Shown: positions 1 through 12,239 of the stretch, one piece after another
Layout of the letters: the number at the start of each line of letters is the position of its first letter
Numbering within the stretch: position 1 is the stretch's first letter
Origin: Octopus sinensis
Lineage: Eukaryota
DNA length: 64,000 nucleotides
NCBI RefSeq assembly: GCF_006345805.1
Contig: NC_043016.1
Span: 17,422,001-17,486,000, forward strand
Direction of reading: 5' to 3'
Position numbers and translations under genes: made by a program
Notes under the pieces: model-generated
What the model was told of the DNA's origin: nothing
Seen by the model: only the letters and a program-made list of their open reading frames with translations
The model's database searches: none

Positions 1-30
1 CGACGAAGAGCTCCGCTCGAAACGTCATAC
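1..30 (+). ncRNA. Minimal type I hammerhead ribozyme (5' end cut by window edge), Penelope-type terminal repeat family A
   Basis: (C)CGACGA-A-GAGC/TCC/GCTC-GAA-ACGT-C: U4C core, 4-bp stem II, palindromic stem III, GUC site at 26; near-identical copy at 22576-22610. Confidence 0.65.
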
Positions 31-120
31 CTCCCTGCTTCCATTTCCTGAGCGCCTATTAATAATAATACTGTAATTGTTCCATTGTTGTTGTTTTTTT
101 GTTTCCCGTTTGGATTAAAA
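1..120 (+). mobile_element. Penelope-like element terminal repeat remnant (family A)
   Basis: Similar to 22580-22712 (hammerhead, CCTGAGCG, T-rich tract, TTTGGATTAA) and ends in (TA)n. Confidence 0.55.
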
Positions 121-121
121 T

Positions 122-183
<62 letters not shown>

Positions 184-335
184 GAGATGCAGCACGGACT
201 TTGTCAGTGGAACAGGTCGCGGGATTTAGCGACGAAAATATTTTGACAAATTAAACTTAAATGTTGAAGTGTATCAAACGGCTTTTTGTGTGTTTCTTAA
301 ATGGCTTATAAACACCTTCCACGCTGCAATTGTAT
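184..335 (+). mobile_element. Penelope-type terminal repeat, family D (copy 1 of 3)
   Basis: Near-identical to 16030-16135 and 23215-23360; contains a hammerhead-like fold; ends GCTGCAATTG(TA)n. Confidence 0.55.
200..250 (+). ncRNA. Variant hammerhead-like fold (G3/C8 core, one extra G)
   Basis: TTTGTCA/TGACAAA stem I; GTGGAACA core; GTCGC/GCGAC stem II; GAA-AATATT-T. Confidence 0.45.
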
Positions 336-356
336 ATATATATTATATATGATGTG

Positions 357-673
357 AGGGCGCGTGGCTTAGTGGTTAGGGCATTCGGCTCATGATCGTA
401 AGGTTGTGAGTTCGATTCCCGGCGACGCGTTGTGTCCTGAGCAAGACACTTTATTTCACGTTGCTCCAGTCCACTCAGCTGGCAAAAATGAGTTGTACTT
501 GTATTTCAAAGGGTCAGCCTTGTCACTCTCTGTGTCACGCTGATTTTCCCCGAGAACTACGTTAAGGGTACACGTGTCTGTGGAATGCTCAGCCATTTGC
601 ACGTTAATTTCACGAGCAAGCTGTTCCGTTGATCGTATCAGCTGGGACCCTCGTCGTCGTAACCGGCGGAGTC

Positions 674-676
<3 letters not shown>
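357..676 (+). mobile_element. tRNA-derived SINE (head A + tail X)
   Basis: A-box-like GTGGCTTAGTGG, B-box GTTCGATTCC, body TTGTGTCCTGAGCAAGACAC; 3' half shared with 8612-9001 and 4912-5438. Confidence 0.85.
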
Positions 677-716
<40 letters not shown>

Positions 717-1568
717 GTAACGATTGTATGCACATGCTTTCACATCGGCGTCACCAAAATTGTAACGGTGCCTCATCAAAACTGTAACGTTTGTTACTTA
801 GCAAATGAATGAGAGGAAGAAAAGATGTTATGAGTTGAAATGACCCTTTATTTTCATCGTACAGTGTAAGATACAACTTCTTCGAGTTGATGTTATACAC
901 AGATTATTTTTAGTTCTGTTGGCCCTTTCGCGATAAGCTAACTTCATCTTTTGTTGATTGCTAGAAGGCAGGTGGGAAAAGGAGAGAGAGAGAGAAAGAG
1001 TAAGAAAGTCTACCTCTCTATGTTGACATGTAGAGAAGGTGAAAGTTGTGCTGTGGCACAATGACAATTCATCAGTAAAAGAAGAAAAATAGAGACGTGT
1101 TCTTATGCTTGGTGCCAAGCGACCAAAAAGGTCACTAACCGAATTTGGTTATTGTATTTATATGTGTTGGAAAGCTGGATGTAGGTCAGAGAAAAATGGA
1201 AAGCAATGTAAAGTGGAAGCAAAACTTAAAGAAAAGATGTTAATTAAAGAAAAGATGCAGGAAAAAGGCGAATGGTTAAAACCCAGGAAGAAATACTGTT
1301 CCGAGGGGAAGTCAGGAAGATAAGAAAGGATAGTTGTCTAGATGCATATTCCAGTATGCTTGTGTTTCTGGAAGCGGGCATAAGATAGGAAGGAATGGTC
1401 GTCTGTGTTGGCAAGGTGTATGTATATCTATGGATGTGTGTAAGTATTCAAATTTGTGTTGTTGTTAGTGTCTGTGTGCGTGTGTACACTACTTTCTAAG
1501 GGTCGAAAATACATTGAAAGGTATAAGTGAATGTATAGAGGTACGACCTTACGTATGTTTGTATGGTT

Positions 1569-1614
<46 letters not shown>

Positions 1615-1750
1615 TATGCACACTTACACAGACCAGATTGTGATGGGTAAATTGTCGTGATTTTATACTTTAATTTTGAGCATGCACATTGTTCGTTTTT
1701 GATTTTGTCAGTAGGGTCAGGTGGGCACCGTCTTTGAGAAAAACAGCACC

Positions 1751-3126
1751 ATGACGCAATTCACTCTGGCAGAAATTCGGAAACGACATGCTGTACTGCT
1801 TGACATTCGCATCGGAAGCTCCAGTACGAACATTTCAGAGTATTTGGGTGTGAATCTGTGGACAGTGCAAGGAATTTGGAAAGAGTTGGATAAGTCTAAT
1901 GGTGATTACGAAGGTAGGGCAGCTTGGAAAACTCTGATCGTTCTGATTAGGAAAAGGACTCCTGAATTTTTTTATGAGATCCTGGCCACGATTGACAACG
2001 ACCCTTCAAAGTCAATCAGATCCATCACCAGGCACATGGGAGTGTCTGAGTTTCTTTTCAGGCAACTACTGCATGAAGACATTCAGTATTCCTCATACAA
2101 TATGAGAATGGGCCAATTTTTATCCCAAGCCATCAAGGACAAGAGGAAAGACGCGCTATGAAGCTTTTGAACAAACTCCCCTCCAACCGAACATGCTTTG
2201 GTTTTTCTCAGACGAGAAAAATTTCTGCCAGGAACAGATGGTGAACATAGAGAACAACCGTTGGCTTGCCGTGTCCCCAAAACATATACTGAGAGTGGTA
2301 AAAATCAAACATCCAGTCAACATAGTGGCACTTGGAGTGATCACTAGTGATGTCAATGCTATGCCTCCTTTCATCTTTCCACACGGCCTCAGACTCAACA
2401 CAGAGGTCAACATCAAGTGCCTGGAGGAGGTAGCTGTTGTTTGTTTGTTCCTTCTCGAGCCATGCTTGGCTCATAAGGGCCGGTTTCCCGGTTTCCCGGT
2501 TTCCGTGGCGTATAGGTTCCCCACCTGGACGGGACGCCGGTCCGTCGCAGGTGAGCTGCAAGATGCAGGAGGAAAGAGTGAGAGAAAGCTGTGGAGAAAG
2601 AGTCAGCAAAAGTTCGTCATTACCTTCTGTCGGAGTCGCGTGGAGCTTAGGTGTTTCGCTCATAAACACACACATCGCCCGGTCTGAGATTCGAACCCGC
2701 GATCCCTCGACCGCGAGTCCGCTGCTCTAACCACTAGGCCATGTGCCTCCACTGGAGGAGGTAGTGCTGCTCTGGGTCACGAGGGGGTAACAGGACTCTG
2801 CACCATGCCACACAAGCAGGATGCTACACAAGCACCATGCCTCACAAGCAGGAGAACCCAGTCTGGCTGTCAGTCAATTTCTGCGACCACATCACTCCTA
2901 GCATCTGACCACCTAACTCCCCACACTGCGATCCCGTCATTATTTTGTGTGGGGTGCAGTTGAATGAGAGACCATCAAAGCTCCTTGTAACACCAAAGAT
3001 GAACTGAAGGCAACAATTATGGCAGCATTCACCAACTTAAACAAAGAGACCGTCCAGAAGAGTTGCAGGAAATTCCGAAGTCATCTGGAGGCTGTGGTTG
3101 AAGCCAATGGTGATTTTATTGAATAA
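1751..3126 (+). pseudogene. DD37D transposase pseudogene
   Basis: Frameshifts, a TGA at the WPP Trp, a SINE insertion at 2434-2751 and a 32-bp-period duplication at 2800-2853. Confidence 0.8.
2434..2751 (-). mobile_element. tRNA-derived SINE (head B + tail Y) inserted in the transposase
   Basis: 13-bp TSD CTGGAGGAGGTAG at 2421-2433 and 2752-2764; tRNA-like head TGGCCTAGTGG...GGTTCGAATC; (AAAC)n tail. Confidence 0.9.
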
Positions 3127-3322
3127 ATTTACTCTTTAGTATTTCAAGATATTTCTATGTAATTTTGATAAGTATAAATCGATTACTATAAGATGTCAAT
3201 GTTATTTTCCTTTTTGCATGATTTAGGTGACTTTAGATGACAATTTATTCACCACTCCCTATATATATATAATATATATATATATTATATTATATATATA
3301 ATATATTATATATATATATATA

Positions 3323-3690
3323 CTAGCAGTATCGCCCGGCGTTGCTCAGGTTTGTAAGGGAATAACTATAAAGCATTTGTAGAGAGTTATAGCCAAAAAA
3401 TAGCAAAAAAATGAAAAAAAATGATGTAAATTTTTTTTGAGAGTTAAAAAAGGTGGAGTTGCGTCCCCTAGACAGTTTGTGGTTTGTGTTTCTGATTCTC
3501 GACCCCATGTCGAATTTAGCGATATTTTTCAGAACTGGGTGAACTTTTCAAAATTTTCGCTGCGTTAGTTTTGAATTATGACATTGGGCTATGTGTGTGT
3601 CAAGTTTCATCAGAATCGGTTGAAAGCCGTGGTCAGGGTGAGGGTACAACCTGACAGACACACAGACAAACTGCCGTTTATATATAGAGA
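3323..3690 (-). mobile_element. Non-autonomous Helitron
   Basis: Minus strand 5'-TC ... hairpin CCTG-AGCAACGC-CGGG ... CTAG-3', inserted between A and T, no TSD. Confidence 0.85.
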
Positions 3691-3743
3691 TATATATATA
3701 TACACACATATACACATATATACATCTCTCCTTTTCTCTCTCG

Positions 3744-3805
<62 letters not shown>

Positions 3806-3962
3806 TCAATATGAAATAGTGTACATTAAACACAGAGAAAACTACCTTCAACAGGCAGTTTTTCACGCTAGAAGAAGTAGTTAAAACGCCACCAAAACCA
3901 CATTTAAGAGCAATCTTCCAAAGGCATGAAAAATAAAAACTTTACCTTGTTATTTTATATTA

Positions 3963-4001
<39 letters not shown>

Positions 4002-4911
4002 TTGTTCGTCATATTTTTATTGACTTTTTGTTAACGCTTAAATTGATTGCATCCCCAAGAGTTCCTTTGTCCTCTTAGAGTTAATTTATTGCAAAATCAA
4101 GAAAAACATTAGATGGTTAAATAAACCAATATTTTGGTTTTTGTGATGTAGGAAGTGTTAAAAGGAATTCAGTCTAGAATATGCGGCTGTTTACTGTAAT
4201 GCCAATTGTTAACACATGAATCAATCCAATGAGGGTTGTCAATGTTTCTATGTGATTCTACCACCAGAAAGAAGTAGCAGTCAAAGATCCATCGAATCGC
4301 TTTACTGTGTCTCAGAAAAGGACACATTGGATAATGTAGTTTTTGAATTCCTTGCACATAAGGAAAACAGGATTCACGAACCGTTATCAGTTTCATCATA
4401 GTTGTAATCCCTATTAGGACTGAACTGAGGTTAAACAAGAACAACAATATATTTTACAATCCTATTATTGTTTGATTCGTTTAAAAGTCGACTTCAAATT
4501 TCAACCATCCTGAAATTATACTTCTCAGTTCACTAATTATTTTTCCTGCTTGCAAATGTAGGACTTAAATACAAAATTACTGCAGTTTATTGTTGTTTCA
4601 TCTTAATCGAAAATACTACCGCAGGTATTCAATATTGTGACAACATCCAAATTTCTTCCTTGAAACCTCGTTAAAAGGAACCTTTTTGGAAACCTATTAT
4701 GACAATTTAAATTTTTGGGGGTTGCGGTAACGTGTGTCTGTGATCAATTCAGAACTTGCTCGAACTTGATTCTAACTGCTGTGGTTATATTCAAATTGCG
4801 GTTGGCAAGTATAACTAACTAAAAGTGATATAGTAAAGTAAATGATAACTGAGTAAGATCTTAAGTATGCCTACAATTAAACTTGACTATATTCGAATAG
4901 AGATGATTAGG

Positions 4912-5438
4912 CTCTCCGTCGGTTGTGACGGCGAGTGTTCTGGTTGATGCGATCAATGGAACAGCCTGCTGGGGAAACTAACGTGCAAGTGTTTGAGCAC
5001 TCCACAGACACGCATACCCCTTAACATAGTTTTCAGACATATTCAGCGTGACAAGTTTGGCCTTTTGAATTACATGTGCAACCTATTTTTACCAGACTGG
5101 AGCAACGAAAAATAAAGTATCTTGTTCAAGGACACAACGCGTCGCCTGGAATTGAACCAACAGCTGTATGATCGTGTGCCTAATACCCATACCCATTTCT
5201 TTACTAGCCACAAAGGGTTAAACACAGAGAGGAAAAACAAGGACAGACAAACGGGTTAAGTCGATTACATCGACCCCAGTGCGTAACTGGTACTTAATTT
5301 ATCGACCCCGAAAGGATGAAATGCAAAGTCGACCTCGGCGGAATTTGAACTCAGAACGTAACGGCAGACGAAATACCACAAAGCATTTCGCCCGGCGTGC
5401 TAACACCTAATACCCATACCATTAAGCCACGTACCTTC
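4912..5438 (-). mobile_element. Older SINE (head A + tail X type), interrupted
   Basis: Diverged reverse complement of 357-676; split by the insertion at 5194-5405. Confidence 0.75.
5194..5405 (-). mobile_element. 5'-truncated SINE (GGCGGCGAGCTGGCAG family) nested in another SINE
   Basis: 15-bp TSD CCTAATACCCATACC at 5179-5193 and 5406-5420; matches 61757-61985. Confidence 0.85.
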
Positions 5439-5694
5439 TCATATAGAGATGACGTAAATATTTTAAAACATTTTTGAACAAAACTAAAAGTAAGGGGAAC
5501 ATCTCAAAATAAAAAGGAACACTCAAGGAAAATTTCTTCGGAATGAATTGGCTACTTCAGTGCTAATCAATCAAAATTGAAAATAGGAATTACATCAGTA
5601 GAAATTTCCCCAGTTGTAAAACTTAATTTCCGCGATACATTAGTTTTGTATGTGTTGGTTGGGGAATAAATTATTCCTTTATTTATCTCGTAGG

Positions 5695-6013
5695 CAGCGG
5701 CGGACTGGGTCTAAAAATATTGGTTGCCAGGAGGCTAAGGGGGGGGGGGCACTCGCAATTACAGGAGGGGGGCACCCGCAACCACATTGCTATCATTTAA
5801 TTATTTTTTTGTTTTTTGTTAAAATTATTCTTTTCACCTATCTACAAACACTGAAATGAATAATGCATTCTTCCAGGAGTGAATAAAAAAAATTTCTCAA
5901 ATTTGGGGTGATGGGCCCCTTAGATACTAACATGGGCCCCCATATATAGACTCTAATGGTGCAGGGGTCCACTTGCCATCGGGCAAGCTGGCAACCTGGC
6001 CAGTCGGCCACTG
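5695..6013. mobile_element. hAT-type MITE
   Basis: TIR CAGCGGCGGACTGG vs CAGTGGCCGACTGG (12/14); perfect 8-bp TSD CTCGTAGG at 5687-5694 and 6014-6021. Confidence 0.85.
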
Positions 6014-6205
6014 CTCGTAGGGACTACTTTTGGTTGTAGACATGAAGATTTGTATCGATTATCTCACCTTGTTTCGATTATAGGGCTTCTTTTCTATCCT
6101 TAACGATTACATATTGATGTTACGTTGTTATACTTAATGGGTTGGTGCTCTTTCCACATTTGAATGACTTATCTGTTTAATATACTAGGTACAACTTTAC
6201 CAAAC

Positions 6206-6345
6206 TGGCTGTGTGGTAAGTAGCTTGCTTACCAACCACATGGTTCCGGGATCAATCCCACTGCGTGGCACCTTGTACTATAGCCACGGGCCGACCAAAG
6301 CCTTGTGAGTGGATTTGGTAGACGGAAACTGAAAGAAGTCCGACG
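6206..6345 (+). mobile_element. Abundant bipartite SINE, 5' half only
   Basis: GGCTGTGTGGTAAGTAGC...GTGAGTGGATTTGGTAGACGGAAACTGAAAGAAG, matching 54871-55035. Confidence 0.8.
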
Positions 6346-6359
6346 TATATATATATGTA

Positions 6360-6399
<40 letters not shown>

Positions 6400-6407
<8 letters not shown>

Positions 6408-6658
6408 CAACTAATAAGGGTGAGAAAATTGGATACTAATTTAATAGTACCATCATTTAACACCAAGTGGCTTAGTGCATAAAAACCAGGAATACAATAA
6501 ATTTTATATGTAAATATAAGAGAGTGACCACTATGTGGTTACTCTAGTACTAAAAATAGATCCGCTGGTTTCAGACACGAAGAATTATTTCCGATGAAAG
6601 TTAGCACAACTATTTTTTAGTGCTAGAGTAGACCACATAGTGGTCACTCTCTTATATT

Positions 6659-6660
<2 letters not shown>
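6400..6660 (-). mobile_element. Short (TA)n-embedded element with inverted terminal duplication (probable Penelope terminal-repeat remnant)
   Basis: ~50-bp inverted arms 6511-6559 and 6610-6660; the same arm sequence occurs at ~63213-63275 and, diverged, at ~13357-13415. Confidence 0.5.
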
Positions 6661-6691
<31 letters not shown>

Positions 6692-6928
6692 TTCGAAACG
6701 TTTAGTAGATGAAACCTTAGCGACTGAAGAAGGGTATTTTTCGTTGTGCTTATTGTCCTGTATCTCTTCTTTTTTGCTTGTCTTGTTCCTTGGTTTGTTG
6801 TCTATGTTTTTCGTCTCTCTATGTGTCGACGTCTTTTTGGTGTCATGTACACATATATGCGTGTATATGTACATGTAGAGGTAGGTACGTACATATATGT
6901 TTAATATATGCATATGTTCTATTTTATT

Positions 6929-6973
<45 letters not shown>

Positions 6974-7262
6974 AAAAAGATTTTCGTTCATGTTCGTCTC
7001 TGTTGCGTTGCATTCTTTCCTTCTGTGGCTGGCTGATTCGGAGCGGAATCTCAGAATTGAACGGCCGAAATCTGCGATGAGGGATCAGTTTCTGACTGAA
7101 GAATGAAGGCTTTGAATGACTCGTTTGTCTTTTTGTTCGTCCCTTCGTGTATTTCACGTTATTTATTTATGTAAAGGTTTATTATATATATATATATATA
7201 TATATAAAAGCAGGTATAAATATATATATATATAAACGCAGGTATAAATCAAATACTTTTAT

Positions 7263-7345
7263 CTTCGACACATGTTTCGAAGATTTCACTGATATTATTA
7301 AAGGAATAAATGGTGTAAAACAATGCAATCTTCTCTTCAGGGAAG
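7263..7345 (-). ncRNA. Type I hammerhead ribozyme, canonical core, long stem II
   Basis: Minus strand: CTTC(C)-CTGAAGA-GAAGATT.CATTG...CAGTG.AATCTTC-GAA-ACATGTGT-C-GAAG; GUC site at 7267. Confidence 0.7.
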
Positions 7346-7492
7346 TGAAAAAACGAAACTCGTCAATAAAACATTTTTGCATAAAATGATGGATTTGTAT
7401 AGTGATTTACTGAACGCTATAATATTGTTTGAAAAAACGTTATATGATAAAACGTCAGAAGTAGCCTATAGAAAGAGTAGGGATATTAAAAT

Positions 7493-7529
<37 letters not shown>

Positions 7530-7574
7530 GTGTGTGTGTGTGTGTGTGTGTGTTGTGTGTGTTGTGTTTGTGTT

Positions 7575-7735
7575 GTTACCTGTGTTTGTCCAATAACATC
7601 GCTTCACAACTAGCGGTTCGGCAAAGTAGAATAAGTACTTGGCTTACAAGGAATTAGTCCTGGGGTCGATTTGTCTGACTAATGCAGTACTCCAGCATGG
7701 CCACAGTCAAATGACTGAAACGAATAAAAGAATAG
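7575..7735 (+). mobile_element. Bipartite SINE, 3' half only
   Basis: GCGGTTCGGCAAA...CTCCAGCATGGCCACAGTCAAATGACTGAAAC. Confidence 0.75.
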
Positions 7736-8017
7736 CTGCATGCTTATTTATCTACACCTATATCAATCAGGCAAATTACAAACATTCGGTTTGTTGCTAT
7801 GTGTGATAAAGACAATAATACACAGCAATTTTTATAGCTGCACTACAAAGTTAATTACCATATTGTATTTAGAGCTTCTATTATGTTAAATATCGTAATG
7901 CAGATATCTTGCACAATTTTCAGCAACTTTTAACTATCATTTATACCTTTTATCATATGGACTTGGGCAATATTTTTCCACATATTGATCAAGGTTGTCT
8001 TACAATATCTAATTATA

Positions 8018-8414
8018 TCTTTATATATAAAAGTCAAGTCGTGTGTCTGTCTCCTACGATTTAGATTCCTAACTACTCCCACATTTTGCGGTGCAGTTTA
8101 ACCAAAACCGGGTATCTTATAGTCGTGATTCATATCGAGCCCTTCTGGGTATTAGCGCGCGTCAACGATGAGTCTACGATTTAAAAAAATTACCATCATT
8201 TTTTATTCCATTTTAATGCATTTTTTTCGCTATTATATAAGGGAAGTAACTCTCTAAAATGTCTACGATGAGTCAACGATTTAAAAAAAAATTTACCATA
8301 ATTGTTTTTCCATTTTTGTTGCATTTTTTTGCTATTTTTTGGCTATAACTCTCTTAAAATGCTTATATAGTTATTTCCCTTACAAACCCGAGCAACGCCG
8401 GGCGATACTGCTAG
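8018..8414 (+). mobile_element. Non-autonomous Helitron
   Basis: 5'-TCTTTATATATAAAAG ... CCCGAGCAACGCCGGG hairpin, CTAG|T 3' end. Confidence 0.85.
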
Positions 8415-8611
8415 TTATTTATAACACCGTTGTCTGCGAGGTGGCCGAACCGTTACCGTGTCGAACAAGAATGCTTAGCGGTATTTCTTTCGGTTTTACT
8501 TTCTGAGTTCCAATTCCGTCAACGTCGCCTTTCGTGGTCTCAGCGAACTTTTGCTGTAACAATCACTTCTAACACTAGTACAATTATTGGAGAAGAGGGT
8601 ATAGTTCATCC

Positions 8612-9001
8612 GTGGAGGCGCAATGGCCCAGTGGTTAGGGCAGCGGACTCGCGGTCATAGGATCGCGGTTTCGATTCCCAGACCGGGCGTTGTGAGTGTT
8701 TATTGAGCGAAAACACCTAAAACAACTCCACGAGGCTCCGGCAGGGGATGGTGGTGATCCCTGCTGTACTCTTTCACCACAACTCTCTCACTCTTACTTC
8801 CTGTTTCTGTTGTACCTGTATTTCAAGGGGCCGGCCTTGTCACTCTCTGTGCCACGCTGAATCTCCCCAAAGAACTACGTTAAGGGTGCACGTGTCTGTG
8901 GAATGCTCAGCCACTTACACGTTAATTTCACGAGCAGGCTGTTCCGTTGATCGGATCAACCGGAACCCTCGTCGTCGGAACCGACGGAGTGCTTCCATCC
9001 C
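8612..9001 (+). mobile_element. tRNA-derived SINE (head B + tail X)
   Basis: 11-bp TSD ATAGTTCATCC at 8601-8611 and 9002-9012; head matches 2434-2751, tail matches 357-676. Confidence 0.9.
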
Positions 9002-9623
9002 ATAGTTCATCCATTTGGATCTCAATCAATTCCTCGTCATTGAACCTAAACGATAAATACTACTAAACATTTTGTCCCGGCACAGCGATTCCGATTTTGT
9101 TATGCGAAAGTTCTTCGAAATTTGTCGCTGCAGAACTTAAAAAAAAAAAAAAAATAATAATAACTTTGTAATTTAGAAGTCAAGATGGAAAGTTGAGAAA
9201 AAATAGTAAAGCATCTGATAAAATTCCGTATAATATTTAGTTTTGTTTTTCTTCTTTAAGTTCAAATCAAATCAGATTTAATTTTGTCTTTGATGCATTT
9301 AAGATCGATAATTACCAATAATATACTCGTATCAACTTAATAGTATATACTTTCAACTGAAAGTATTTCTTTCATCTCTGATATTTTGTATTTATTTTTC
9401 TAAATCAGTTTATTATTCTCTCTAAAACATTAATTATTTAAATCAATCAGAATATGAGTTACTTTCAATTTGAAATGCGCACCTTGGAGTTAGTTAGTTT
9501 TATCGCAAACTCAATACCTACCTACCTACCTACCTACCTACATACACACATACATACATACATACATACGTCCGTACGTACGTATTTACATACATAAATA
9601 CGTACATACATACGTACGTAGAT

Positions 9624-9699
<76 letters not shown>

Positions 9700-9859
9700 A
9701 TACACACACACATATATATACATGTATACACACGTATACATATATGTTCACACATATATACAGCCATGCATATATACATATATACACATATACGCACATA
9801 ACTATATGCATTCACACACGCGCAGACATACATATGAATATATATACATACTTATATAC

Positions 9860-10775
9860 ATTTTACAAACTGCGTGTTCTCGGCATAGGAGGATGGCTAT
9901 ACGATAGAAGTCAGTCAGTGGTGGCCAATGGAACCACTTCCAAAGAAGCACAAATAGTGAGTGGTGTTCCACAGAACACTGTCTTAGAGCCAGTGCTATT
10001 CAGAGTGGCCCTCTCAGGTATATCCCAAGCGGCTCAGATAGCCAGCTATGCTGATGGTTCTCTCAGAGGATACGGAACCCTGGAGATATTGTGTATCTGC
10101 AACGGAAGCTGGACGCAATATACAGGTGGGTTGAGGAAAATAGCATGCAGTTTAATGCTGGGAAATTCCAAGCCCTGTGCTACCAGTACCCGAAATGCAG
10201 ATAGGATACACTGGCCCAGGAGGGATTGCAATCCCTGAATCAAAATCAGTGTGCGACTCAGGTATCGATATGAGAGCAATGATGCATCCTTCTAAGTGCA
10301 TATTACTAAGTTGGCAACAAACAGCAGACAGTAGACCGTATGGAACCTTAGAACTTTCAGAACGTGAGAGCATGAAACCACAAAAGTCCTCTGGAGGGTA
10401 TTTGTCCTCAACCGCTTGACTACTGCTTCCAATTATGGCCACCACATAGTGTAAAATTAACGGCGGAACTCGAAGCACTCCAGTTACAGGGAGAGACTGA
10501 AATAGTTAAGACTCTCTTTCCTAGAACGAAAATGCGAAAGGTATGCAGTGATGCACATCTGGAAAATCCTGGAAGGACTTGCATCAAACATTGGCATTGA
10601 AAATTACACAAGCAGCAGAACGGGGCGCCACTGCATAGTGCCAAAGATCCCAACATCGCCGTCAAGATACAGGACCAGATGCTGCAACAACCCTTCAATA
10701 TCCTCCAAAAAGCCGGAGAGTCATACATGGGGTAGAGATGAAGGAGCCTTCAAAACAAGACTGGATTTCCTTTTG
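9860..10775 (+). mobile_element. CR1/L2-like LINE fragment (RT and C-terminal region), decayed
   Basis: Translated motifs VSGVPQNTVLEPVLF, SYAD, HIWKILEGLA; frameshifted. Confidence 0.8.
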
Positions 10776-10877
10776 GCAAGTGTCATCTACTATAGCCTCG
10801 AATTGACCAAAGCTTTGTAAATGGATTTGGTAGATGAAAACTGAAAGAAGCCTGTCATACATATATGAAATCTACAT

Positions 10878-11015
10878 AGGCGCAAACGTTGCTTCTCAAC
10901 CACAGGGTTACGGGTTCAATCCCACTGCGTGGCATCTGGGCAAATATGTTCTACTATAAGCTTAGGCTGACAAAAATCTTGTGAGTGGATTTGGTAGACC
11001 GAAACTGAAAGACCG
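10878..11015 (+). mobile_element. Bipartite SINE, 5' half (a further partial copy at ~10780-10860)
   Basis: Matches the 54871 family. Confidence 0.7.
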
Positions 11016-11024
11016 CTGTATATG

Positions 11025-11092
<68 letters not shown>

Positions 11093-11208
11093 GCGGTGTG
11101 TAAAATGCAAAAAGCCTTCAAAAATAATCCTTAAATGCGAAACGATTTTTTGCATTTTCCATTAATTCAAACATGTAAGTAATTTACTTATTATCAAATA
11201 TAATAATA

Positions 11209-11587
11209 CTAGCAGTATCGCCGGCGTTGCTCGGGTTTGTAAGGGAAATAACTATATAAGCATTTTTAGAGAGTTATAGCCAAAAAATGCATTAAAAATT
11301 GAAAAAAATTATGGTAAATTTTTTTAAATCGTTGACACATCGTAGATATTTTAGAGAGTTACTTCCCTTATATAAAGCGAAAAAATGCATTAAAATGGAA
11401 AAATATGATGGTAAATTTTTTTTAAATCGTAGACTCATCGTAGACGCACGCTAATACCAGAAGGGCTCGATATGAATCACGACTAAAAGATACCCGGTTT
11501 TGGTTAAAACTGCACCGCAAAATGTGGGAGTAGTTAGGAATCTAAATCGTAGGAGACAGACACCACAACTTCACTCTTATATAAAGA
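11209..11587 (-). mobile_element. Non-autonomous Helitron, same family as 8018-8414
   Basis: Reverse complement of 8018-8414 with CTAG end at 11209-11212 and TC start at 11587. Confidence 0.85.
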
Positions 11588-12239
11588 TGCTTTTTTTTTT
11601 CAGTCATAGACTTAGATTTATGAAGGTCTTCAGTAGAAAATCCTTCGAATTCTGACTCGCTGCTTGATATAATGAAATTCGTATCCATTTTTTGTCAGAA
11701 TTACAAATTTGAAAACACAATAGGAACAAATTTCGGAAAAAAATCTCCCATAATTCACGGAATTAAAATTACACTTCGATTTTTGTACAAAACTGTAGTT
11801 GAAGTGTTTACGAAGTATAATACGTGTTTTCACGAATGTACTAAAGAGATTTGCTCTGATATTCTCATTTAAATATGAATAGGTAAATTCGGGCGGCTTG
11901 GTAACTATATATAAGTGTCGTCTGTTTATACATAAACACTGTTTCATACTGCAATTATATATACATATATCTATATATAATATTATATAATAAAATATAT
12001 ACAGAGTAAAATAAAAACCATTTACCTTTTCTGTCCTCCGTGTGTCTTTGCAAATGTGTTGGAATGATAAGTGAGTTGTGTTTTGGCGCCTTTTTTTACT
12101 AATAACAAACACACACGTGTTTGTATGTAGTTGTATTGTATGTAGTTGTATGTAGTTGTATATGTATGTGTATGCGTGTGTGTGAGGAATGACACACACA
12201 CACTCACGCACGCACACATGTACATCAATGCTTTCGGAG

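Larger units (their letters stand above)
1634..3261 (+). mobile_element. Tc1/mariner DD37D (maT-like) DNA transposon, decayed
   Basis: Imperfect 23-bp TIRs (1634-1656 vs 3239-3261, 16/23 match), TA flank at right end; transposase motifs FFSDEKNF, QDSAPCH, WPPNSP, D..37..D after reconstruction. Confidence 0.85.

Noticed and set aside
357-430. tRNA-like sequences at SINE heads (also ~2680-2750, 8615-8690, 25510-25560)
   Set aside because: A/B boxes are present, but each runs into a SINE body or lacks a closing acceptor stem; not tRNA genes
1020-1085. Minus-strand CTGATGA, hairpin and ACATGTC
   Set aside because: No GAAA after the stem and no stem I pairing
4169-4447. Overlapping short ORFs in non-repetitive sequence
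   Set aside because: No recognisable domain or convincing splice-site pair
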